Source: Lama guanicoe
Taxonomy: Eukaryota
Assembly (NCBI GenBank): GCA_013239625.1
Contig: MU054413.1
Coordinates: 4,482,861 to 4,546,860, forward strand
DNA: 64,000 nt
Direction of reading: 5' to 3'
A program made the translations under genes and the position numbers. Below are positions 34,633 to 45,550 of this stretch, in pieces. Below the pieces are notes generated by a model. It worked only from the letters and a program-made list of their open reading frames with translations. It had not been told where the DNA came from and did not search any database. The number at the start of each line of letters is the position of its first letter. The first letter of the stretch is position 1.

Positions 34633-36984
34633 TGGTTATTCACCAAGTTATTATCCCATGGGAGTGAGAGCTCAGTTATTCTTTAATTTCTTTGTCATGT
34701 TCTGTGTGCCTTAACTGTTCTGCAAGGAGTATGTGCTATGTTTGTGATTAGAAATAAACACCCCATAAAACCACTTTCATTTTAGAATTGAATGAATTCA
34801 AAGTTGAGACTTTCCCCATCCTGAAAAGCGCTACACGTCATCGTCAGAACTGATAACTCGAGAAGCAAGCATAAAACAGCTCCAAGTCACCAACCGAGCG
34901 TCTGAGGCTTGGACTGCAGGTGACCTGGGGCAGGACGTGGGCAACAGGAGTCACCGTCTATTCCTTTCTTTCTACACCCGGCTCAGTTCCACCCCAGCGG
35001 TCTCTTGTCTTGGGGGACAGCCTCCAAACTGTTTTTTCTGCCTCTGGTGTAGGTCCCTCCTCTACCTGAGGTTTTCTAAAAAGCAAATCTGACCATGTCA
35101 CTTCCTTGTCTAAAACCTCCTCTGGCTCCCCAGTGCTGTCAGGATCAAGTTCAAGTTCAAACTCTTTAGACTGGTATTCAAGGCCCTGGAAGTCTCATGC
35201 TTTGGTCTCGAAGAGAGTCTTTATGCTAGCCTCCACCTGGGTTGCTCCTGTCTGGATGCCTCCAGAAAATGGCTTAAAGGCTTTTATAAACCCTGGTTCA
35301 CCCAACTTTACTGGGTGTATGCTTTCCCCCCAAATTTACACACCAAAGTGTTGAATAGTGGCTGGGTACCAGTCTGCAGCTGGGAGGAGAAACTACCACA
35401 AATCCAAGGGTGGCAGGGAAGCTAAATCCTGCTCTCCCACCAACTGAGGATTTGTCCATAGGGACTGGAGCCAGGCCCCCCATGATGAATTTGAAAGGTG
35501 GGACAAGACATGGGCCAGCAGCTTAGATAGGGGATGTCAAGGAGGGAAAAAAATCAGCCCTGGGGATCTCAGCCCTGAGGATGCTGTGGTTGGGGGCCAA
35601 GCAGCTTTGCCTCTTCTCTGACTCAGTTTCCTCATCTGGGATGCAGGCAGCATTTTGGGATGTGTGGTAGGAAGTCACAGCTCTGGGAGCAGCACTCCTG
35701 CGGCTCCCCCCAGCAAAGGGAGCCCACTCCCCCCCTTGGGCCCCAGACAGAACTGGCATTGTGGTATGTAATTGAATTTGGCCTAATTACCTAATTGTGC
35801 TGAGGAACAACCAGTACCAACAGAAGCTTCAAGTGTCGGGGGTGGTTGGAAGCCAGGAGCCAAGAGGCAGCCTCCAGATTCCCTAGGCATCCAAGGGAAG
35901 CAGTGCCAGCACCAGCACCCTTATATCCCTTAACCTCTCAGTTGCTTGGAACCCTGGGAGGCAGGTGGCAACTGTTCCCATTCTACAGGTGAGGAAACTG
36001 AGGCTCAGAGAGAAGCATCTTGCCCAGGGATACCAAGTAAGAAGAAGTAGAGAGAAAATTTGAACTCACATTTCCTCTGCATTTGGGGCCTTTGCACATG
36101 CTGTTTCCTCTGCCCAGAATGCTTTTCCCTGTCCTCTTTGGGCAGATTTTCTCCTTGGAGCCTTCCTGCAAGGGTCGTTTCCTTGAGAAAGCTTTCTCTC
36201 AGCTCCCAGGCCCATGGCCCTCCTCCACTCAACCTTTGCAGAGCCGGTCACAAGATTACATCATCGTCGGAAGGCATTTATTCCAAGTCGGTCCTCTCCA
36301 TCAAGCCCTGAGCTTCTGGAGGGTAAGGACCACATCCTCCTCACTCACACTATGCAGGCATCTAGCACAGGATGCTGTGGTGCTCAGTAAATGTATGCTG
36401 AATGAAAGGAGGAATAACCTCTAAATTCTTGGATTCTTCCAGACGTAGTCTGTTGGTTTCCTGCCATCACTGGGGGTGGGGGCCTCATCTGCAAGGAGTA
36501 ATGCACCTGGGACTATGACAAGGGTCCCCCAGAGTCATAGGGGAAGGATAGGAAGGCCACTCTGTGAGGCCCTGATCTGGGAGCTACAGAGATGAGATCC
36601 CACTGTTGGGAAGTGAAGGGACAGGAACAGGGTCACCCAGCTTGCAAGGAGCCAGGACTGGAAGACAGGACTGCCTGGGTCTGGGACCTGGCCTCACCAC
36701 CCTTACCATGCTATTATCAAGAGACAGAATGAATGAACAAGGCTAATGACAGAGGGACACATAACTTAATCCAAAGAAAATTAGGTGAAGAGTGGAATTT
36801 CAGGTCTTGTGAAACAAGGCAGGAGAGATATGATTAGATCCCTCCACAAAGGCAGCTGCCCCCTGGGCTGGTTCACAAGGCAGCCCGGCCCCTGGGACGC
36901 ATCCAGGGCTCCACTCATCCAGTCACCGGGATGTCAAGCCTCCTTCTTTCTTCTGGGAGGTAGTCTGACCTGGTACCCAAGTGT

Positions 36985-37165
36985 GCAGGAGCAGGACTGC
37001 CTGGGTCTAATTCTAGCCCAGCCACTTGCTAATTGTGTGGCCTTGAGCAAGTAATTAACCTTTCTGAGTCTCAGCTTCTCAATATTTTTATAAAGATGAA
37101 AGGAGAGGAAGTCTGTGCAGTATTTTGCCCAGCGTCTGGAACATGGTCAGAACTTCATAAAAGTT
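36985..37165 (+). mobile_element. MIR
   Basis: gactgcctgggtctaattctagcccagccacttgctaattgtgtggccttgagcaagtaattaacctttctgagtctcag. Confidence 0.85.
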
Positions 37166-37649
37166 CACTCCTTAATTGATTCATAGTAGTAGTAAAATAA
37201 ATGTAGTATTGGAAGCGATAGGCTAGCATGAGTAATAGCAGGAGCAGTCACAGTAGCTGTCATGGGAGTAACGGTCCTGCCAGTAGCAATGGGAAGAGTA
37301 TTAGTGGTAAGCACCGTATCAGGTTGGCCCTCCCCCTGGCGCAAGGAGGGATGCTGGGAAGATTGCTCCCTCTTTCTGTGCTGATCTCCCCTCAGATAAA
37401 AAAAGAGGGTTGGGCCAGGTGATCCCCAAAGGCCCTCTGCACACTGACATTCACATCAGAGTAACAGCAGCAATGAAAACAAAACTACTGCAGATACTTA
37501 CTACTGAGACTTACATACCCCTTGCACTCCAAAAGGGCACTGTGCTCCCGCTTCCTCTGTCCTCTCCAGCGCACAGTATTCTCTTCCTCAACCCAGCCTA
37601 TTATTCCTCTCACAGCTAATTTTTGGGGAGAGGGTACTCTCCACCCACC

Positions 37650-37880
37650 TGTTTTGCCTGTTACCAGGATGTGGCAAGTGGATCCCGAGTTCTCACGCCA
37701 CGCAGGGCACAGCTCCCTCCACGTCGTTGATCTAATCCTCAGTACCTCTGGGAGGGAGGTATGGTTATCATCATCTGTTTCCTGATGCCACTGCTAAGGC
37801 TCAGAGAGGTTGTGCCATTTACCTGAAGTCACACAGCTCGAAAGCAGGGAGCAGGATGCAAACCCAGGGTGGCCCACCTC
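37650..37880 (-). mobile_element. MIR
   Basis: tctaatcctcag...ctaaggctcagagaggttgtgccatttacctgaagtcacacagct. Confidence 0.8.
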
Positions 37881-38220
37881 CATGGCTGGACATGCCATGT
37901 GGGTGATTTCTACACTTCAAAGACTCCTGTGCCACCCCCGCTTCCACTCCATTCAGGTGCTCCTCACTACCAACCCTCCCCTGCTCACATGGCATGAGGC
38001 CTCTTTCCATATTCACTGAAGATAACACAGTCGGCATGTACTCCACAGACGTACCCTTCTTCCTCCCATCAGTCATGAGACCATCTGTCCCTGCTTAGTC
38101 CTCAATGGTTTAAGTCCCGTTCCTCCACTGGCCACCTGAGAGCCAGCCCTCAGGCACAGCTGGACTGTCCAGTACTGAGTCTTAAATACGAGGTGATCGA
38201 CAACATTAAAAACTTCAGGA

Positions 38221-38329
38221 GGGGAGTGGAGGGTATAGCTCACTGGTAGAGCACGTGCTTGGTGTGCATGAGGTCCGGGGTTCAATCCCCAGTGCCTCTG
38301 TTAAGGTGCAGGGGGGAACCTAAAAAAAA
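38221..38329 (+). mobile_element. tRNA-Ala-derived SINE (camelid vic-1 type)
   Basis: ggagggtatagctcactggtagagcacgtgcttggtgtgcatgaggtccggggttcaatccccagtgcctc. A box 38236-38246, B box 38279-38289, A tail, and target duplication aaaaacttcagga / aaaatcctcagga. Confidence 0.85.
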
Positions 38330-38739
38330 TCCTCAGGATACTTCTTGCAGAATTGGAAGCCCTGGCGGTTCTGGGCACATGTCTCACATGGCCTCAGGAG
38401 GCCCCCTGCGCAGTGGCTGCCCCGTTGGGGGTTCTGGGCTCTCTGATCCCCCAGACTCACCCCGTGTTTTCCCCCTGGATGCCACTGCTCTTTGTGTCAC
38501 CTCCTGGCTGGGTGGATATGTGGGTCTGTGACACCAAACTGAGGAAGCCCTTTCCACCTGGTGCCCGGACCCTGAAGTTTAGCCTCGGCCAGCCAGGGGC
38601 ACTGGTCTTCCGAGGGAACAGACCCCACTGATGGGCTGCCTCCGTGCTCCCTGTCCTCTCTCTTTAGAGGGGCAGTGCCTTCCTCCTCTGCTGTTTTCTC
38701 CTCACACTGTTCTCTCTTCGTTTGGGGTGGGAGGAGAAG

Positions 38740-39130
38740 AACCAGATGCAGAAGCCCGGTCCCCAGGAGGCAGACACACCAATCTCTCCCCGGAGAGACT
38801 GGGAGTGGCTCACACTCATCACACTTGCCAGCGCCCGGCCTCCCGGCCTCCCGACGGAGCGCGATGGCACACCAATCTCCCGCCGTCTGTGCCTGGGGAA
38901 GGCGAGCTCCTGTTTTCTCTCTTCCCAGCCCCGTTTGCACAGACGTGGGCCCTTCACACACACACACGGGCCCCGTGCCTCCCGGCCTCCCAGCAGACGC
39001 TTAATTGGGAGGCAGCGATTCTAAACATCTGGGCCGCACATCTGAGAGTGGGCTCGGGACCACACGGAGCCTGGAGGAAAGGGAAGACATGCAATTATGT
39101 CACTTCCTCGGCTGACGGTACTCAGGAGGG
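38740..39130. promoter_or_regulatory. CpG-enriched promoter-like islet with duplicated CCAAT element
   Basis: cacaccaatctc at 38775 and 38868, cctcccggcctccc twice, TTAATTGG at 39001, TGTCACTTCC at ~39098. CpG retained. Confidence 0.5.
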
Positions 39131-39299
39131 GACAGCGCCAAACAGCAGCAGGCACTTCTGGGGATGTAGCCCAGGGCTGGACTGGGGCTGCCCCGGGCAG
39201 TGAGCCTGGGGCCCAGAGTAAGAGGCTGCAGGTGACGACGCCTGGGAAGAGCTGAGCTGCAGCCAGCAGGACCGGTGGTGCATGGAGCTGCGGTCCCAA

Positions 39300-39497
39300 G
39301 GGGAAAGGAAGAGACAAAGGAAATGAAGGAGAGAGGAAAGGAGAGGGGAGGAGGACAGCGAGGGAGAAAGAAGAAAAGAGAGGGAGGGAAGGAGAGAGGG
39401 AGAAGGACTGAGGGAAGGGGAGGGAGGAGAGACATGGGCAGAGGGAGAGAGGGGAAGAGAAGGAGCGAGCCAGGAGGACAGAGTGGGGAGGGGAGAC
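39300..39497 (+). repeat. GA-rich polypurine low-complexity tract
   Basis: About 200 bp almost entirely A/G. Confidence 0.9.
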
Positions 39498-39614
39498 TAT
39501 TTTATTTTGTTCAGCATGGAGAGAGGCCTGACCCTTCCAGGCAATGGAGCTGCCCCTGGCAGCCCACAGGGAGAGCAGCAGCCTCCGACAGGGTGCGTGG
39601 TGGACACAGACGAC

Positions 39615-39755
39615 CCAGTTCTGATCTCAGCCCAACTCAGCCACTCCCCAGCTGTGTGATCCTGGGCACGGACTTCACTTTTCTGAGCCTCAGTTTCCCC
39701 ATCTGCAAAAGGGGATAGAACTCTCCTTCGTGGGTCATTGTAAGAGTCAAGGTGC
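39615..39755 (+). mobile_element. MIR
   Basis: cagctgtgtgatcctgggcac...tctgagcctcagtttccccatctgcaaaaggggata. Confidence 0.85.
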
Positions 39756-41379
39756 TCACCTGTGTCAAGTGATGGCAGAGTCCGGACTATCCCTGAACTG
39801 TCCCTGGTTTTTCCAGCCCCTCTGAGTTGGGAGCTTCCTGCTGGAAGTGGCTGGCCCCAGAGGGTTCTGCACGCCCCACCCCCACCCGCCTTCAGCTTCT
39901 CCCTTTGCCGGTGTGGGTCTGTTGACATTGTGTTTTTCCTAACCTGTCCAGGTCTGTGAGCTCTTGGCGGATACAGAAGATCTCTAGGGTTACCTAAGTG
40001 CCAATCACAAAGTCGGCATATAATAGGTGCCCTTGCACGTTTGTCTAAGGGGTGAATTAGTTTATCCTTGCACTAAGTTTCTGCTGTCATTATAATTATG
40101 TGCCTGTTTCAAAGGCAGGCTCCTACTCCCCCCCCACCCCTCTTCAGTAATTCTTGCTTCCTGCCAGAGACAATAGTGGCTCTTCATCCCAAACAGGTGA
40201 GACTAGGTCCTTTGGAATTCCCTACAAGAGTCCAGCCCCAGGCAACGTTTCCCACCTGACCAGCCTCAACAAGCCAGAAAATGTGCCTAGGAATATAATG
40301 AAGCATCTGTTAATAGCTCTTCAAGGGAAGTCATTGGCTAGAGCTCCCAAGCTCTGGAGTCTGTTTCTCTCTGGACCCAGGAACAGCAAGGGCAGGCACG
40401 GCCAGCCAAGGAGGCGATGATTCCTTTCAGCCACCTGCCAGGCCACCACCCTGCCCCCAGAGAGGGGAATTACCACCTTGCAGAGCTTCCACTGCAAAAC
40501 ACAAACACCTGGTTGCCTGGGCAGCACCTTGCCTGGGTGACGTGCTCCAGATGGTCCCTTGAGAGGCAGCTGGGTTGCCACGGAAACGGAATTGCTGTTG
40601 CTTCAGCCAGGAGACTTGGATTCCAGATCCTCTGGACCCCAGGCTTAGAGAGGTGAAGAGATTTGCGTAAAGTCACACAGCAAGTAGGTTTCAGAGCCTG
40701 CACTGCAAGGCAGGACTTACTAACAGAACGATTATGTAGCCCTTCTGAGATGCCAGCTTGAGTTAAGTACTTTGCACTCATTATTTTGTGAGAGGCTGGA
40801 GACGTGGCTGAGGACGCACTTGGCATGGATGTGATGGAGCTGAGCTGAGCCCAGTTCAGCCTGATCCTGAAAGCCCGAGCTTGGACCCCTATCTCATGCT
40901 GCCGTCTCTTTGGTTTCTAGGTTTTGGCTCTGCATGCCCTGAGACCAGCCCTATCCCAGCAGCTCACTGGACCCGACTCAAGGGCCACTGAAAGCGTGGG
41001 GGCCAGGAGGGCTGGGGGCCTGCAGGTTGGGACCAGCACTTCCAGGGCCTGGTCCCTCCTAAGCCCTCGCTGTGCTCTGCACACTGATGACGGGTAGCTT
41101 ATGAGGGACAAGAGGATGAGGGTCTGTTGGCCAGATGGGCCCTGGGGACAAGGCTGAGCAGGACACTCACATTTGAGCCTGATCCCTGAGAGAGAAGGTA
41201 CAACCCCGGGCGAAAAGGAGAGAGGACTTGGAGTTAGAGCAGCCTGGTTCACACCCTCCCCCTACTCCCTTGCTTCTTTCCATCCTCTCTTTAGTCTCAA
41301 CTGTCCACACATCTGTCCCATCAGAGGGTCTGTCCACTCACCCCTCACCTTGTTACACAAAGGATCTGAGTTACTTTGG

Positions 41380-41525
41380 GCAAGTGTTCTTTTACTTGGG
41401 CAAGTTGTTCATCAGTTTTCCAATCTACAAAATGGGTTGGTTCATCATGAGGATCAGGGCTGATGTTCATAAAATACTTAGTACAAAGCCTGGCATGAAG
41501 TAGGAGCTCAAGAAATGGTACTTTA
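41380..41525 (+). mobile_element. MIR
   Basis: cttgggcaagtt...tcagttttccaatctacaaaatggg...atgaggat...cttagtacaaagcctggcatgaagtaggagctcaagaaatg. Confidence 0.8.
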
Positions 41526-42034
41526 AATGTTACTTTCTCTCTTGAAAGAATTTTGGGAAGGGTTGCTGGGAGACTTGGAGAGACAGAGACCCTCAAACTT
41601 CCCCAGGCCAAGGCACAGACAGGGTGTCACTGGCCCTGTCTAGCCTGCCTCAGCCGGCTCTCTGACTCTGTACTCCTGCAGGCCGCCTGCCTCCCCGACT
41701 GGGGTCAGCCTCCTTTTTGGAGGGGAAGATGGGGTGGGGGTGCAGGGAGGGCTAGGGGAGGAAGATGTGCTGTTAACCCCATGTGAACCTCTGCTGTCTT
41801 AGAGAAACCTGTAGGCATCCAGCCCTCAAGAAGGGGCCATTCCCTGGCCTGAGTTAACAGGACCCCACTCTACCTACTCACTTGGAGGTGGGTGTTGTTG
41901 GCACTTATCTTGGACCTACTTATTCCATATTTTTTCAGACCCCAAACCAAGACACAGGTCAGGCAGAGGGTTCTGACCTATCTCCAGGTATGAGAGGCAT
42001 CCTAAGAAAGTCTGAATGCCAGCATGTTGGAATA

Positions 42035-42275
42035 AGATTGCTAACACGTATACAGCACCTAGTATATGCTAGGCCTTGTTCTAAGCACCGTACATACATT
42101 AACTTACTTAAGACCCGTGATGTAGGCATTATTACAATCCCCTTTTATCACTTAAGGCAAGCTTGGCACAGAGAGGGTAAGTGACTTTTCCAAGGTCACA
42201 CAGCTGGTGAGTGGAGGGTTGGGTGGTTTTCATACCCAGACATGCTGTTGCCGCGTCCAGGCTTTTAAGCACTAC
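42035..42275 (-). mobile_element. MIR
   Basis: tatgctaggccttgttctaagcac...ggcacagagagggtaagtgacttttccaaggtcacacagctggtgagtgg. Confidence 0.88.
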
Positions 42276-44329
42276 TCCTCTCTCTGAAATAGCTGAATGG
42301 TTTCTGGAAAAAAAAATATTTGAAATTGGGGTTGACCAGAAATTGTGATAAGAAAGCTGACATGTACTGAATGTTTACTATGCGCCAGGCTCTCTGCTCC
42401 TCACCATCCCTGGGACCGTGAGGATTGAATGAGCGCAAAGATGCGAGGGCGTTTAACCTCCCAACAAGGACAAATCACTGTCAAATACTTAATATCTCTA
42501 CCTGCAAGCAATTCAGGTGATCCTGACAAGCTCTCTTCAGTCCTTAACACGTCTTTTTCAGCATTTCATCTCAACCTGTACATAGAGAGTAGGGGGCAGC
42601 TTACAGCTTCAGGGTTAGAGATTCTTGTTTGAATCACAATCTTGGCTGTTTTTAACCAAGTGGCCTTGGTTAAATCACTCACTCTTCCTAAAGCCCAGTC
42701 TCCTCACCTCTAAAATGGGGCAGACTTGGGTCTGGGATCAACATGGATGTTTTACACAGTGTCTGGGACCATGAGAAACACTGACCAAATATTTGCTATC
42801 ATCACGATTGAAAGGGACGGTAAATTAGATTTTTCTGTCCTAATCTAGATGCCCTGCCCTGGCTCTGTAAGTCTAAACAGGCAAGGCTGATGATACCTGC
42901 ACCATCGTTAATTTCTGTCTGCCTGTCTAACCCAGGGGGTATTTACAAGGCTGTGGCTTGCAACACTTGCTTTAAAAGTTCCATAACCACCTTGCCCACT
43001 TTCTGCCAAGTCTCTGCTCCATTTCACTCTCACACCCTTGAATCCCCTGAAATCCCTCCTCTGGGGGTGAGAAAGCTAAGCTCTGTCTTAAAACCAAAGC
43101 TCTGGCTTCCTTAATCCTCTTACCTGACTCTTTCCTCTGCAGAATTAATTGGTGCCCATGGCTTTATGAACTTCTCTAGCGGCCACGGCATCTTCAGGGC
43201 ACCCTGGGGTGGTGGGGAATGTTTTGGCCAGACCTCTGTCCCGGATGCACCTTTGGGCTGGGTTGTGGAAGGCAGCACTGTGGCTGCAAGGTGACAACAA
43301 GCTTGGTGCCTGGAGGGTGATAACCCTGTGGCCCTGCATCGACCCAGAGGCCATGCATTTCTTTGGGGACACCTGCAGAGAAGCAGGGATGGCCTGAGAT
43401 CTGGTCCCACTTCCGCAATCACTGAGGCCATCTCCCCACCTTTCAGAACCTTAGTCTTTTCCTCTTTCAAGGGGAATAAGCCCGCTTTGGGGATCTCAAC
43501 GGGCTGGACAAGGAAGGCCATGTAAAGGGCCTGTGTCTGTGTGGGATTACTGTCATTTCTCATGCACAGAATGGGAGCATTCATTGACTTCAAACCCCGG
43601 GAGCAGGGACTGTGTGTGGTGCATTTATATGTGTTTGTAGCCCCCGTGCTTGGCACGGAGTGGGTCTGGCAAAAGATGCTTATCATTCCTTGCCCTGAAA
43701 ATTCCTGTTTAGTACTTTTTATTCTGGGAGGCATTCTCAAGCCCATGACCTCATCATTCTCCCTGTAGCCATGAAGATGGAGAAATGGTGCAGATGCACT
43801 GGACTGTGGAAGAAATGGATGCTGGGTGAGGGGATCGGCCTGACTGGGGGAGGTGAAGGTGGAGGGTGGCACTCAGGCCTCCGTGGCCTCATCCGGGGCT
43901 GTCCTCTGACTGGAGCATCCTTAAGTACGGACTAGGGGATGTGGTGCCCAAGATGGCTTAAGGTGGCCACGGGACCACTGAGGAAACCAAGACCAGGTCA
44001 GCTCTCTTCCCATGTTTGGTATGTTACTATTTCAAGAAGGAGAGCCTCAGTTTCCTAAATTCCAGGCTCCCATTTTAACTGGCAGAGTTAGCCTAGTCTC
44101 TACTGCGAAGCAGGCGCCTGGAGCTCCACCCAGACGCAGTCAGCATCCAGACGTGGCGAGGGAGGCGGGTCTGCCAGTTATGGTGGCGATAAGTAGAAGA
44201 TAAAAAGTTTCCTTTTCAAATTTCCATCTTGAAGTCAAAATAAGTAAGTAGCAATATGAGGAATACAATCAGAATATGAGTGGGATTGGAATACAGCAGG
44301 GGTGATGAGGATGGGATGCAGGTGACGGA

Positions 44330-44738
44330 AACTGGGCAGGTGCCTTGCTGCTGGCACCATAGCTGCCGCATCACACACCCTCTGCTTGCTGTGAGCCCCG
44401 TGACTCTGCCGGGCATCTTCGCCAAGGCGAGTGCTGGAGGGTGCATCCACGTCTGACCCCAAGGAGCCCTCAACCTATAGCAGATGCCGGATGCTGGGTA
44501 AACACCTTGTGGTCCTGGCCTCTCAGGTGGACCAAGGGGCACATTCTACTCTGTCTCCAGGAGCTCCCCACAGCAGGTATAGAGAGTGCTCAACAACATG
44601 CTTTCATCCACCCCCTTCCCTTCCCCGTCTCATGTCTCTGCTTCTCTCCTGGTGTTTTCTGGGCGCCTCCTAAATAAATTGTTTGCACTGGAATCTTCGT
44701 TTCAGGGTCTGCATTTGGGGGAACCCAAACTCAAGACA
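44330..44738 (+). mobile_element. LTR16-like (ERVL) solo LTR; 5' boundary approximate
   Basis: Characteristic 3' end cctcctaaataaattgtttgcactggaatcttcgtttcagggtctgcatttgggggaacccaaactcaagaca. Confidence 0.8.
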
Positions 44739-45344
44739 CACATCATTTGATTGAGGTGTCCCCAGCAGTCTCTCCTTCCAGTCTGGCCTCACAGACCCCA
44801 TCCCAATCACATGGCCTGGGTGCACGGAGTCCCTGCTGGGGCTCTGGACTGGAGCCATGAGGGTCCAGGTAAGCCAAGCAGCCCCATGTTAAGAGGGTTC
44901 TGCACTGCCTGTTGGGGTCCCAGCTCCCAGATCCCCCTGCCATGAGCCGACGCCCTCATCCTCCCACCCCCTCATTCTCCACCAGCTGGGCCCCAGGAGG
45001 CCATGTCCTTGCATACCCTGGCTCTGCCCGGGAGCCTGCAATGAGCTCATTCCGCACAAGAGAGGGAGACGGGAAGAGTAGCCTCCCCAGCGGGCAGCAG
45101 CCTGCCCCGCGGGGCCCTCGGGGACCCAGGGAGGGCCGCACTGGGGAAACTGCTGAGCCAGCCTGGAGACCAGGGCGCTCCTGCCCCCACCCCCCGACCC
45201 CTGCCAGCTCCAGCCAAACTCCAAAGGAATCCACAATGACCATCGCTGCTTCTGCTTAAAAACAGCGTCTGTGCTCCCTGCAGAAAACATGGGAAATGAA
45301 GGCAGAGTCGCCATCCCCACCCAGGCAGGTCCCTTGTTTCTAAG

Positions 45345-45550
45345 CTGACATTCTGGTATATTCCATTCTGTTTTCTGTTTTCCATGCCGAACTAAATGTA
45401 CGCTTTGTTTTTGCACCTGGTTGAGGTCATGCTGAATGTACCATTTTGTTATCCTTCTAAAAAATGAATATTATGTCACAAGCATTTTCACGTAGTAATC
45501 ATTCCTGGGAGACTTCACTTTTAATGGCTGCAGAGTGGCCAATGAAATAC
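45345..45550 (-). mobile_element. Ancient L1 (L1ME-like) fragment
   Basis: aatattatgtcacaagcattttcacgtag...cacttttaatggctgcagagt. Confidence 0.65.

Noticed and set aside
38228-38300. Functional tRNA gene
   Set aside because: Broken acceptor and anticodon stems, an A tail and a target duplication indicate a SINE.
43120-43872. 250-aa minus-strand ORF
   Set aside because: Non-ATG start, overlaps decayed repeat-like sequence, no recognisable homology.
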